Assembly: GCA_035476275.1 (NCBI GenBank)
Contig: DATILR010000440.1
Coordinates: 1,284-65,283 of the forward strand
Reading direction: 5' to 3'
DNA: 64,000 nucleotides
From: Candidatus Binatus sp.
GTDB lineage: Bacteria > Desulfobacterota > Binatia > DP-6
Part shown: one piece after another, positions 31,792 to 41,723 of the stretch
Numbering within the stretch: position 1 is the first letter of the stretch
Layout: each line of letters opens with the position of its first letter
Notes under the pieces: generated by a model
Database searches by the model: none
What the model saw: the letters and a program-made list of their open reading frames with translations, nothing else
Told to the model about the DNA's origin: nothing
Position numbers and translations under genes: made by a program

Positions 31792-31803
31792 CCCTCCGCT
31801 CCT

Positions 31804-32307
31804 TCACCCTCCACAGAAGAGCTGGGTGAAGAAGACCTCGCCCGAGGCGCTACGGGCGATGCCCACGCCGGTCCGATCGTACGGCCCTTCGATGTTGTCG
31901 CGGTGCGCGGGGCTCTCCAGCCACCCCCGCACCGCCTCCGCAGCCGGATCGCGATGTCCCAGGTTCGAAGCGACGTTCTCCCCCACTCGCGGGCACGGCC
32001 GCGCGGCGCGCAGCGCCTTCACCCGGTCGTCGAAGCCCGCATGCCCGAAGGGCGTCCTGCCGGCCGCCATGGCGATGCTGTGCAGGCGGGCCTGCTGGCT
32101 CATGCGCGGGTCGAGGGTGAGCGAGGCGAGGTGTCGCGCGGCGCGGTGACGGTTGACCAGGTCGTGGACCGCTTGCTCGAGCCCCGCAGCCCCGGCTGTC
32201 GGCCGCGCGGGCGGCGCGCCGCGTCCCGCCGTCGCGCATGCGAGGCCGAGCACGGCGCTGACGAGCGGGAGGAGGCTCCGCCGACGATGCGCGCCGAGCC
32301 GCCTCAC
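31804..32307 (-). CDS. CAP/SCP/YkwD-domain secreted protein (167 aa)
   Basis: CAP motifs (HR..L...P.L.WD..L...A..HS..M; GENVA; WLESPAHRDNI). Signal peptide after a GTG start. GTGA overlap with the upstream HEAT gene's stop. Confidence 0.8.
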   Translation of the reverse strand: MRRLGAHRRRSLLPLVSAVLGLACATAGRGAPPARPTAGAAGLEQAVHDLVNRHRAARHLASLTLDPRMSQQARLHSIAMAAGRTPFGHAGFDDRVKALRAARPCPRVGENVASNLGHRDPAAEAVRGWLESPAHRDNIEGPYDRTGVGIARSASGEVFFTQLFCGG

Positions 32308-33086
32308 GACGAGCGCGTATCGAGCTGGAGAAGTGCCCGCGCTGCCGCCCGGGCCAGCGAGGCATCGGTGCCGCTCCGCGCGCGCTCGAGCGCCGCGAGC
32401 ACGGCCGCCGAGCGCTCGCCGAGCGCCCCCAGACCGGCAGCGGCAGCGCGCCCAACTCCCGGGTCGGTCGCGTCGAGCGCGCGGATCAGGTGCGCCGCCG
32501 CGGCCGGGCGGTCGGTTGCGAGCCGCGCCAGGCTCGCGATGGCCGCGAGCTGTACGTCGCGGTCCTCGTCCGCCAGGCAGCGCACGATGGCGGCGTCCAC
32601 CTCGGCCGCCCGCTGGTCGAGATCCCGGAGGCAGTAGAGCGCCATCTTCCGCTGCGCCGCATTCCCGGACGGCAAGAGATGTCGCAACCCCTCGAAGACC
32701 CGGGCGCGATCCGCGAGTCCGACGACGATCGTCGCCGCCGCCCAGCGGAGATCGCCGTCGTCGACACCCAGCGTCTCGAGGAGGACGGGCAGCAGCAGGT
32801 CGGCCGGTGCGTGCAGCCGGGCAAGCGCGAAGGCGGCCGCCCAGCGTCTGCCGGCGACGGGTGAGGCGAGCGCCGCGAGAAGGACGTCCTGCACGTCCAC
32901 GCCCCGCTCGCCGAGCGCCGCGAAGGCTTCCGCGGCCGGCCGCTGCACGGCCTTGTCGGCGTGTCCCAGGCAGTCGGCGAGCGCCACCAGCTCCGCGCCC
33001 CCTGCCCGCTCCTGCGCGCGCAGCTCGGCGATCGCCGCCACGCGTTCCTCCCCGACCGGTGATCGCAGGCGCTCCACCAGGGTCAC
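32304..33086 (-). CDS. HEAT-repeat (PBS-lyase-like) protein
   Basis: Repeated about 30-aa helical-pair units (VAAIAELRA..., AAEAFAALG..., RWAAAFALARL..., AAATIVVGL..., AIASLARL...). GTG start embedded in a GTGA overlap with the upstream gene's stop. Confidence 0.65.
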   Translation of the reverse strand: MTLVERLRSPVGEERVAAIAELRAQERAGGAELVALADCLGHADKAVQRPAAEAFAALGERGVDVQDVLLAALASPVAGRRWAAAFALARLHAPADLLLPVLLETLGVDDGDLRWAAATIVVGLADRARVFEGLRHLLPSGNAAQRKMALYCLRDLDQRAAEVDAAIVRCLADEDRDVQLAAIASLARLATDRPAAAAHLIRALDATDPGVGRAAAAGLGALGERSAAVLAALERARSGTDASLARAAARALLQLDTRSS

Positions 33087-34174
33087 GACGCCAACCCTCG
33101 CACCACCGCCTCGGCGACCGTCCGCAGGGGGCCAACGCCGAGGAGATAGTTCTCCGCACGGTCGAAGATCGCGTGCACCACGGCATCGACGGCGCTCGCC
33201 TCGGCGGCGCACCCGCGCAGGTCACGCTCGAGCGCTTCGATCGCGGGGGAGTTGGCGAGGAAGTCGCCGGCGAACACGATGTCGCGGATCCGATCGCCGT
33301 CGAGGGCGAAGTGCACCTCCAGGACGCCGAGCTGCGTGGTGACCGAGCCGTGCCGATCGAGATCCGCCCGCGGGGCGCGCTGTGCGAGCCAGGAGGCGTC
33401 GGCGAACTCCCGCTGCGCGGCGACCTCGAGCCGGCGGGTCTCCTCGACCTGCAGCGCACGGCGTTCGAACGTCACGGCGAGGCGCTCCTCGTATCCGCGC
33501 TGGAGGCACTCGGCCAGCTCCTCGACGCCGAGCGCCGTGCCCCGCAGCCGCTGGACGGAGCGGACGTCGTCGGGCCCGAGCATCGCCGCCCTGATCACCC
33601 CGCCCGGATCTGCCCGCTCGAGAAGGCTCGGCAGCATGCTCGCGTCCTTCCGGTTGGCGATGATCGCCTCGAAGAGCAGCGCCCCGGCTCCGTCGACCTC
33701 GAAGGCCACCATCCCGAGCGGACGCCCGTCGACGGTCACGAGATCGCGTCCCGGATAGACGGCCGACACGCTGACCCGCTGCAGACCGGCGAGAATACCC
33801 CGCACGTAGCGGTTCATCACCTGCTCGGGCGCGAGGGCCAGCCGATCCGCGGCGACGAGCGCCGAACGATGGGCGAGCGTGAGCGAGACACCGAGGAATC
33901 CCTCGCCGGCGGGAAACACCCGCCCACCCGAGTGCCGCCGCCAGCGCCGCACGGTCTCGTCGGCAACCGGCGGCGGCGCCAGGTGATAGCGTCCGAGCGA
34001 GAGACCTTCTCCCTGGAGCTCGAACACGCGGAGGGCGCCCCGCCCGCCGCTGGCCGCCTCGGCGAGCAGGTAGCGGTCGGCCGCCAGGCTGACCGGGCCG
34101 ACGACGCGAGGCTGCACGATGAGATCGAGTGTGGGCGCGACGCGCTCGCTATCGGCTCCCGGACCGGCGCGCAT
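33083..34174 (-). CDS. Lipoate-protein ligase A (LplA)-like BPL/LPL-family protein, with the conserved catalytic lysine apparently not conserved
   Basis: Aligns to E. coli LplA blocks (RRHSGGRVFPAGEGFLGVSL ~ RRSSGGGAVFHDLGN; VLEVHFALDGDRIRDIVFAGDF...ALERDLRGC ~ [22 protein letters not shown]...ALAGRLQGC). The LplA GRKVSGSA lysine position reads GRPLGMVA here. Confidence 0.7.
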   Translation of the reverse strand: MRAGPGADSERVAPTLDLIVQPRVVGPVSLAADRYLLAEAASGGRGALRVFELQGEGLSLGRYHLAPPPVADETVRRWRRHSGGRVFPAGEGFLGVSLTLAHRSALVAADRLALAPEQVMNRYVRGILAGLQRVSVSAVYPGRDLVTVDGRPLGMVAFEVDGAGALLFEAIIANRKDASMLPSLLERADPGGVIRAAMLGPDDVRSVQRLRGTALGVEELAECLQRGYEERLAVTFERRALQVEETRRLEVAAQREFADASWLAQRAPRADLDRHGSVTTQLGVLEVHFALDGDRIRDIVFAGDFLANSPAIEALERDLRGCAAEASAVDAVVHAIFDRAENYLLGVGPLRTVAEAVVRGLAS

Positions 34175-34186
34175 CGCGATCGCGCG

Positions 34187-35928
34187 TCAGGGCACGAGGC
34201 TCGCGTTCAATACCACCGTGCCACCCGTCAAGCCACCACCGTAGTCGGTCACCTCGAGCAGGTACAGCGACCCGGCGGTGACGGGGAAGCTGATGCGTGA
34301 GGTGAGCGCGCCCGTCGTCGGATCGTCGTCGTCGCAGGTGAGCGCGCTGACCGCCGGGCAGGCGCCCTCGTATGCGCTCAGCACCGTGTCGAAGCTGCTC
34401 CCGGCCGTGTCGACCATCATCGTCCCACTCTGCGGGGCGACGAAGCGGTACCACAGGCTGTGTCCCTGCTGGCCGCCCGTGCCGCAGGGGACGTCCGGAT
34501 CGTCCGACGAGACGCTCGCCCGATCGGAACTGTGGGTCACGCTGGCGGGGAGACCTGCCAGGTCGACCGGATCGGTGCACAGATCGCCCGGCAAGGTGCG
34601 CCGCGACGGGAGGCAGAGCTCCGTTTCCCGGCGCGTGTCGATCGTCCCCCCGCCCAGCTCGTTGCTCACCAGCACCCCCTTCACGGGCGTGTGCCCGACG
34701 TCGCCGAGCGGCTGGCGGACACCGTAGCAGAGCAGTGCATCGTCCGGGCTCTTGATGCCGTCGCCGTTCATGTCGACGGGCAGGCAGAGGTAGTGCGGGC
34801 GGCGCACCACGAAGCGCTGGGCGGCGGTCTTGAACTGGTTCGCGACCTTGAGCTTCTTGGCCCCCGGGAAGCGCGGGTTCGTCCGCACGACGTAGCACTC
34901 GTAATGGTCGACCGCGGTGGTGCTCAAGTCGGGGGGCGCCGGGGGCACCACCCGATCCGATGCCGTCGGGACCAGCAGGTGATCGGGCCGGACGACATCC
35001 ACCACGAGCGCCTCGAGCTGGTTGGTCACCGCGATGCCGGTGTGCGGGAGGTACGGGGGAGAGCCCGCCACCGGATCGATCGCATAGCCGACGAGCTGCG
35101 TCGCCGGATCGAGCGTCCCCTGTCCGTTCGCGTTGGCCGGCGTGCAGAGATCGCCTCGCCGGATCGCATCGAACTGCCGCGACTCGGTGGCCGTGACGAG
35201 GTGGATGCCGTTCACCGGCGTGAAGCTCGCCGTCCCGACCGTGGTGCGGGTGGAGTAGCAGAGGAATGGATCGATCGCGAAGCAGCCCCCGGGGAGTGTC
35301 CCGCACCCCAGTCGCACCTGCACGTCGACGACGTTGTTGGTCTCGTCGGCCTCGGGAATCTCGTTCTCGGGATCCATCACGACGTGCAGGCTGTACAGGG
35401 CGGGGGGCAGGTTCACGTCGGTCACGTCGATGTACTGGCACGGCAGGTACCCGCCGTAGACGTCGGAGCAGCCGGCGCTGATGCCCTGGTAGTTGCAGCT
35501 GGTGAACTGCGAATTCGCGCACTCGACGTCGATCAGGCAGAAGCCGTACTTCCGCGCCTGGGCGAGCACCGTCCCGTTGCCGTCGCGCAGCTCGGCGGTC
35601 GCGAAGCTCTGGAAGTGAGCGTGGCCGTGCGACAGGCTGCAGACGAACAGCGGGTTGGTGCATGCGGCACCGCGGAAGACGCGACAGTCGGGGCAACCGG
35701 GATCGCCCAGGACGAGCGGGTCGGGACCGAGATTCCGCGCGCGCAGCGCGAAGGTGAGCAGGCGGCGCCCGGTCGTCCCGCCGGCGCAGCCCTCGTCCAC
35801 GTCGCCCTGGATGACGTCCGAGGTCACGAGCGCGACGTCGAAGACCTCGGGCACCAGGTCGGGAGCAGCGCCGGCGACGGGCGGACGGGCCAGGGCCAGC
35901 AGCACCCCGATCAGACCCGCAATTCTCA
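34187..35928 (-). CDS. Lysyl-oxidase-like copper amine oxidase with signal peptide and a large C-terminal extension (about 580 aa; start approximate)
   Basis: Lysyl-oxidase copper-site HxHxH (SHGHAHFQSF). A lysine in KYGFCL aligns with the human LOX LTQ lysine (KASFCLEDT). GCSDVYGGYLPCQYIDVTDV aligns with the LOX GCYDTY...DCQWIDITDV block containing the LTQ tyrosine. The signal-peptide GTG start sits about 82 codons inside the tool ORF. Confidence 0.8.
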
Positions 35929-36258
35929 CGTGCGCGGAGCCTATCGCGCACGCGGAGCACCCGTCAAACGAAGTTACAGGCAACGGTTCTAGACAGCCTA
36001 TAGCCCCCTCACGCTTCGCCAGAGCCTTTCTAACCGAAGTTCGCGGATCTGAGGATACGGCCGCTCGGGGATGGGTGCTAGCGACGGCGGACCACGAGCC
36101 ACTTGATCGGACGAGCGCGGGACGCCTACTGTGGGGCTCATGTGGAAGCGGGTCGTCCTCGGCGGTGGCGTTCAAGAAGGCCCGGAACTTCTCCCTCTTC
36201 GACGCTCACTACGAGCCGTGCCGGTAGCCGCCTGACGCGCGACCGCCTCTCTCCGGCA

Positions 36259-38640
36259 ATGCGCCGCGCCGCACCGTTCCCCGAGCTCTTCCTCCTCTCG
36301 CTCGCGGTGATCCTGCTGGAGGTGAGCTACACGCGCATCTTCTCCTTCAAGCTCGTCTACTACTTCACCTACCTCATCATCGGCATCGCGCTCCTCGGCC
36401 TCGGCGCGGCGGGCGTCCTCGTCGTCCTCCTCGGACGGTCGCCGCGCGCCCCTGCTGCCCGCCTGGTGCCGCTCTGCGCCCTCGGCGCCGCCGCGGCCAT
36501 CCTGGTCGGCTATCTGGTCATCGCTACGGTCCAGCTGAACACTCTCACCCTCGTCGCGAGCCTGGTGCAACGGCAGCCCCTGGGGGTGCTCGTCGAGGGG
36601 ACGAAGCTCGCGTTCATCTGCCTCGCCCTCTTCACGCCGTTTCTCGCCGCCGGGCTCGCGATCGCCACGATTCTCGCCAATCACCCCGAACGCCTCGCCC
36701 GGCTGTACGCGGTCGACCTTTTTGGCGCCGGGCTCGGCTGCGCCCTCTGCGTGCCGCTCCTCGGTAGCCTCTCGCCCCCGGGCACCGTGCTCGTCGCGGG
36801 CGCTCTGGTCGCCCTCGCGGGCCTCCTCGCGGCCACCTCGCACATGCAGCGGCTCGCCGCCGTGGCACTCGTCCTCGTCCTCGCCGCGGGCGCGGCCTTC
36901 CCTGACCGGCTGCCCGATCCGGTGCCGGACCGCGCGAAGAACATGAGCCCCCAGCAGACCCGCGGTGCGAACGTTCTCTTCTCGCGCTGGAGCCCGGTCT
37001 TCCGCGTCGACGTCATCAGCTCGCCGTTCCCGCACCAGATGGGCCGCCGGCTCCTGCTCCACGACGGCCTCCTCGGCTCCCTCCTCATGCGCTTCGACGG
37101 GAATCTCGCGTCGCTCGCCGCGTACGAGCACGACGCGCGCGCCTATCCGTTCGACGTCCTCGCGCCGGCGCCGCGCGTCGCGATCATCGGCGCCGCGGGT
37201 GGCAACGAGATCCTCGCTGCGCTCTACTTCGGGGCGCGCCACGTGACCGCCGTCGAGCTGAACCCCGTGACGGTCCGGCTCCTCCGCACCGACTTCGCCG
37301 ACTACACGGGACACCTGGCGACCGACAAGCGCGTAACGCTCGTCAACGACGAGGGCCGGTCGTTCTTGGCACGCCACGACACGCACTACGACCTCATCTG
37401 GTTCGTCGCCCCGGACAGCTACGCGGCGATGAACGCCGCCACCTCCGGCGCGTACGTGCTCTCCGAGAGCTACCTCTACACCCGCGAGATGATCGGCCTC
37501 AGCCTCTCCCACCTGACCGACGAGGGCGTCATCTGCGCCCAGTTCGGCGAGTTCGCCGGGACGCCGAACCGGACCGTGCGCTACCTCAGCACGGCGCGCG
37601 ACGCCTTCCAGCGCCTCGGTATCCCCGACTTCGACCGGCACGTCCTCGTGAGCAGCTCGCCGAGCTACCAGATCGAGGCCTTCACGATTCTCATCCGCAA
37701 GACGCCCTTCGGCGCGGACGAGCTGGCCCGCTTCCGCACGCGCGCGGCAACGGTGGAGGGTTCCCGGGTGCACTTTCCCGCCGGCGGCGAGGGCGCCAAC
37801 GAGGCGATCGCCACGGTGGTCGCGGCCTCACCCGAGACGCTCGCCGCCTGGTACGAGCGCTACCCTTACGACGTCCATCCCGTCACCGACGACGCGCCCT
37901 TCTTCTGGCACTTCGCCCGCCTGCGCGACGTCCTCGCGGGGAGCTCGCCGAGTCCGATCTACAACTGGGAGCAGGGCCTGGGCGAGCGACTCCTCCTCGT
38001 CCTCCTCGTCATGGTGACCGGCTTCGCCGCCGTCGTCCTCCTCGCGCCCTTCGTCCTCGTCCGCCCGCTCTGGCAAACGCTGCCCCACAAGCTCCGCCTG
38101 AGCGTCTTCTTCGCCGCCATCGGCGCCGGGTTCATGTTCCTCGAGGTGACGCTCATCCAGCGCCTCACGCTCTTCCTCGGCTATCCCACCCACTCGCTGA
38201 GCGTCACGCTCTTCGCCCTCCTCGTCTCGACCGGGGTGGGTAGCGCGCTCAGCACGCGCTATCCACGGCGGGCGCTCGTGCTGCTCGGGGTCGGACTCGC
38301 CGCGCTGGTGCTCTTCTACCGGTACGGGCTGCCGCCCGTCCTCGCGGCCACGATCGGCTGGCCCTTCGCCGTGCGGGTCGGCCTCGCGGTGGCGCTGCTG
38401 GCGCCGCTCGGCCTCTGCCTCGGGGCCTTCCTCCCCCTCGGCATGCGCACGGCGACGGCGCTCACCCCACATCGCTCGGCGATCGTCGCGTGGGGGTGGG
38501 CGGTGAACGGCTTCGCCGCGGTCGTGAGCTCCGTGCTCGCGACGATCCTCTCCATGACGTTCGGCTTCGACGCCGTCATGCTCGCCGCGCTGGCGGTCTA
38601 CGCCCTCGGGATCGCGGCCCTTCCCGCGATCCCGGAGTGA
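36259..38640 (+). CDS. Membrane-embedded spermidine/spermine-synthase-family protein (polyamine aminopropyltransferase-like domain flanked by TM regions), 793 aa
   Basis: N-terminal about 230-aa multi-TM region. Central aminopropyltransferase-like Rossmann domain (VAIIGAAGGNEILAALYFGARHVTAVELNP; DLIWFVAPDS). C-terminal multi-TM region. Confidence 0.8.
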   Translation: MRRAAPFPELFLLSLAVILLEVSYTRIFSFKLVYYFTYLIIGIALLGLGAAGVLVVLLGRSPRAPAARLVPLCALGAAAAILVGYLVIATVQLNTLTLVASLVQRQPLGVLVEGTKLAFICLALFTPFLAAGLAIATILANHPERLARLYAVDLFGAGLGCALCVPLLGSLSPPGTVLVAGALVALAGLLAATSHMQRLAAVALVLVLAAGAAFPDRLPDPVPDRAKNMSPQQTRGANVLFSRWSPVFRVDVISSPFPHQMGRRLLLHDGLLGSLLMRFDGNLASLAAYEHDARAYPFDVLAPAPRVAIIGAAGGNEILAALYFGARHVTAVELNPVTVRLLRTDFADYTGHLATDKRVTLVNDEGRSFLARHDTHYDLIWFVAPDSYAAMNAATSGAYVLSESYLYTREMIGLSLSHLTDEGVICAQFGEFAGTPNRTVRYLSTARDAFQRLGIPDFDRHVLVSSSPSYQIEAFTILIRKTPFGADELARFRTRAATVEGSRVHFPAGGEGANEAIATVVAASPETLAAWYERYPYDVHPVTDDAPFFWHFARLRDVLAGSSPSPIYNWEQGLGERLLLVLLVMVTGFAAVVLLAPFVLVRPLWQTLPHKLRLSVFFAAIGAGFMFLEVTLIQRLTLFLGYPTHSLSVTLFALLVSTGVGSALSTRYPRRALVLLGVGLAALVLFYRYGLPPVLAATIGWPFAVRVGLAVALLAPLGLCLGAFLPLGMRTATALTPHRSAIVAWGWAVNGFAAVVSSVLATILSMTFGFDAVMLAALAVYALGIAALPAIPE

Positions 38641-38649
38641 CCCGTGCGC

Positions 38650-41643
38650 TCAGGGATGGGGCAGGACCCGTTGCGCGAACAGCGACCGGTAGGTGAGGTA
38701 TCCGTCGCTCAGATCGTCGAACCGTGAATCCAGGTACACCACGATCGAGGACGTTCCGGTATCGGCGATCGCCGCCGGACCGGCGGTGCCGGTCGCGCTG
38801 AGAAGCAATCCCGGCGTCTCGCTGTCGACGACCGTCCCGTTCGGGCTCAGGCGCGCGACGAAGGAGACGACCGGCGTCCCCTCGGGCGAGGTGACGGCGA
38901 GGAACGGCACCACCCAGTCGGTGCCGTCGAAGGCGACGTCGGTCGGCGCGAGGTAGTTGAGCGGCGCCAGGTTGGTGTTGAGGCGGATGCCGTCGGGGTC
39001 GAGCGACGTCCCGCCCGCCACCCGCGCCGCGATCGCGTCGTAGCCGCAGAGCACGGGCCCCGCGCAGAGATTGATCCGTTCCACCAGCACGAGGTACCCG
39101 GAGCCGTCGGTGGCGACGCGGACGAGCTCGTCGGCGTCGCGCAGGAGGTGCAGCGGCGGCGCGTCCATCACGGTGGTGCCCGCCAGCCGGATGCCGGCGA
39201 TCTTGTCGATGTACTTGCCGACCGACGAGGTCTCGCCGTCGGCCTCCTGCCAGACGACCAGGCACTCACCCGTGATGCAGGCGATATCGGGCTCGACGAA
39301 CTGCGGGAACTTCCCGCCGCGCGCCGGATAGATCCGCGTCTTCCTCCCTGCCGGCAGGCCGTTCTGCAGGACGCGGAGCGCGTAGATCTTGCTCCGGTCC
39401 GTGAAGACGTTGACGTCGCCCCAGAGGACCGTGTAGCCGCTGCCGTCGAAGCCGACCCGGACGCCGTAGAGCCCGCGCCGGTCGGGAAGCTTCTTGGACT
39501 CGACCGTCACGGCCGCTCCCAGGGGCTGGCCGTCCGGTCCGATGCGCATCACCTTCACGTCGTAGTAGTTGGCGAAGCGCCGCCCGATATCGACCTCGGT
39601 CCACGCGACCCACGCGACGAGGAAGTTCTGCCCGTCACCCGCGACGGAGACCGAGTACGCGAGCGGATAGGAGTCGGCGAGCTGGAAAGGCCCGGTCACC
39701 GTCCCCGTGTCGTCGATGCGCGCGCTCTGGAGGCCTTGCCCCCCGCTCCAGAAGACGAGCGAGCCGAGCGAACTCTGGATGACCCGCGGACCGCTCTCGA
39801 GGTAGCCGAAGTCCTGCACGACCATGATCTCGCCGCCCACGCGCTGGTCGCTGTGTACCTGCAGCGCGGCGGGGATGCTGCCGCCGCCGTCGACGGCGGA
39901 GGGCGCCGACAGGTCGACGGAACCCGACAGGCCGCCCACCGGGAGTCCCGTCGTGTCGAGCGCGATCGGCACCTTCGCCGACGTGGTGCCGCTCGTGCTG
40001 TCGGGGACGAGCCAGGACGGGCTCGCGAGCGTCCAGGGAACGGACCCGTTGCTGGTGAACGCGAAGTCGGCCGCCGCAGCGGACGGCCGCGTCTCGCCGA
40101 CGAACCCGTGCAGGTCGATCTGATGCGTCCGGAAGCGCGTCGTCACCGGCACCGGATCGAGGACGTGGGAGGCGTCGATCTGTCCCCATCCGAAGTAGGG
40201 ATTCCACGGCTGACCCACGTATCCCGGGTAGCCCGGCTGCGTGGCGTTCAGCTCGAGTTGCCAGCGCACCTCCTCGGGCGTGAGGCCGGGGAGCCCGGAG
40301 AGGATGAGCGCGCTCAGGCCCGCGGCGTGCGGCGATGCCATGCTCGTGCCCGACAGCCGGAGGTAGCTCTGCCCCACCCGCGCCCCGAACTGATCGACGG
40401 GGGACACGGAGCTCCGCGTCGAGAGCACGTCGACACCGGGCGCCGCAACCGACAGCGCGTTGCCGTGGTTCGAGAAGGAGGCGATCTGCCCGTTCGGACT
40501 GATCGCCCCGACGGCGATCACGCCCTCGATCCCCGCGGGCTCGAAATTGTCCACGCTGGCGGCCGAGTTCCCGGCCGCGGCCACCACCACGGCGCCGAGG
40601 CCGTTGGCCATGGCGACCGCGTCAACGAGCACCTGGCTGATGCCGAAGCCGCCCCAGCTGTTGTTGAGGACGTCGGCCCCGTTCTCCGCCGCGTACTCGA
40701 TCGCCTGAGCGAGGTCCGAGGTGAAGCCGCTGCCGTTCGCATCGAGGCCCCGGACGGGCATGATCTTCGCCCCCCAGGCCATCCCGACCACCCCCACGTT
40801 GTTGCTGCCGACGGCGGCGGCCGTGCCGGCCACGTGCGTCCCGTGTCCATGGAGATCCATCGGGTTCGCATCGTCCTGCACGAAGTCCCAGCCCGCGACG
40901 TCGTCGATGAAGCCGTTGCCGTCGTCGTCGATGCCGTTGCCGGGGATCTCTCCGGGGTTGGTCCAGATGTTGGCGGCGAGGTCGGGATGATTCGGATCGA
41001 CGCCGGTGTCGATCACCGCCACCACCGTGCCGCTGCCGTGCGCGAGGTCCCATCCCTGATCGGCATTGCTCGCGTGCAGGCCCCACAGATCCCCGTAGCC
41101 CTGCCCCCACGTGCCGGAGCTCGAGAAGTAGGGATCGTTGGGCGTGAAGGTGGTCTGCACGACGTAGTCGGGCTGGGCGTACACCACCTCGGGATCGGCG
41201 GCATAGCGCGCCGCCGCGGCAGCAACGTCGGTCCCGGCGGGCAGCTCGAGGACATAGACGTTCGACAGGTCGGGGACGGCTGCTCCCTTCGGGATGCGGG
41301 CCGAGCGGGCCGGATATTTGCCAAGGACCACATCGATCCGCTGCCGGTAGGTCGTCTTGCGATCCGCGTCGAGCTCGTGGTCTCGGAGGAAGAGCGGGTG
41401 CGCCTCGCGTACCCCGAACGAGCGGTTCAACCGATCGAGCGAATCGCGGCCCGTCGCGCTCTTGAACGGGAGCCCCTCGGCGACGAGGCAGCGGGCGCAG
41501 GTCGTCACCGACGAGCGGAACTTCACGATCAGGCGCGTCGGGTGGGCGGGCAGGACCTGATCGAGCACCCGGGGTGTGGGAAGAGCGGTACGCGCGGAGG
41601 AAACCGCCAGCACGGCGGCAAGCAAGAACGGCACCTTCTTCAC
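38650..41643 (-). CDS. Secreted S8 (subtilisin-family) serine peptidase with an about 550-aa C-terminal extension (998 aa)
   Basis: GTG start after a GAGGGAGG RBS. Signal peptide (VKKVPFLLAAVLAVSSA). Catalytic triad motifs (VIDTGVD, HGHGTHVAGT, GTSMASPHAAG). A long non-catalytic C-terminal region. Confidence 0.85.
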   Translation of the reverse strand: MKKVPFLLAAVLAVSSARTALPTPRVLDQVLPAHPTRLIVKFRSSVTTCARCLVAEGLPFKSATGRDSLDRLNRSFGVREAHPLFLRDHELDADRKTTYRQRIDVVLGKYPARSARIPKGAAVPDLSNVYVLELPAGTDVAAAAARYAADPEVVYAQPDYVVQTTFTPNDPYFSSSGTWGQGYGDLWGLHASNADQGWDLAHGSGTVVAVIDTGVDPNHPDLAANIWTNPGEIPGNGIDDDGNGFIDDVAGWDFVQDDANPMDLHGHGTHVAGTAAAVGSNNVGVVGMAWGAKIMPVRGLDANGSGFTSDLAQAIEYAAENGADVLNNSWGGFGISQVLVDAVAMANGLGAVVVAAAGNSAASVDNFEPAGIEGVIAVGAISPNGQIASFSNHGNALSVAAPGVDVLSTRSSVSPVDQFGARVGQSYLRLSGTSMASPHAAGLSALILSGLPGLTPEEVRWQLELNATQPGYPGYVGQPWNPYFGWGQIDASHVLDPVPVTTRFRTHQIDLHGFVGETRPSAAAADFAFTSNGSVPWTLASPSWLVPDSTSGTTSAKVPIALDTTGLPVGGLSGSVDLSAPSAVDGGGSIPAALQVHSDQRVGGEIMVVQDFGYLESGPRVIQSSLGSLVFWSGGQGLQSARIDDTGTVTGPFQLADSYPLAYSVSVAGDGQNFLVAWVAWTEVDIGRRFANYYDVKVMRIGPDGQPLGAAVTVESKKLPDRRGLYGVRVGFDGSGYTVLWGDVNVFTDRSKIYALRVLQNGLPAGRKTRIYPARGGKFPQFVEPDIACITGECLVVWQEADGETSSVGKYIDKIAGIRLAGTTVMDAPPLHLLRDADELVRVATDGSGYLVLVERINLCAGPVLCGYDAIAARVAGGTSLDPDGIRLNTNLAPLNYLAPTDVAFDGTDWVVPFLAVTSPEGTPVVSFVARLSPNGTVVDSETPGLLLSATGTAGPAAIADTGTSSIVVYLDSRFDDLSDGYLTYRSLFAQRVLPHP

Positions 41644-41723
41644 CGGAGCCTCCCTCTGTGGTCGGTCGAGGGCGCATGATCGCAGAGGGCGCACCTCGCA
41701 AGCAAGGAAAATGTCCCTCTGGC

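Noticed and set aside
34460-35992. 510-aa plus-strand ORF opposite the lysyl-oxidase gene, and 34149-35960 (-) in an alternate frame
   Set aside because: The LOX frame has the HxHxH and LTQ motifs plus a signal peptide. The others are Arg-rich and motif-less.
39148-41679. 843-aa plus-strand ORF opposite the S8 peptidase, and 40622-41701 (-)
   Set aside because: Antisense or alternate-frame. Only the chosen frame contains the Asp/His/Ser subtilase triad motifs.
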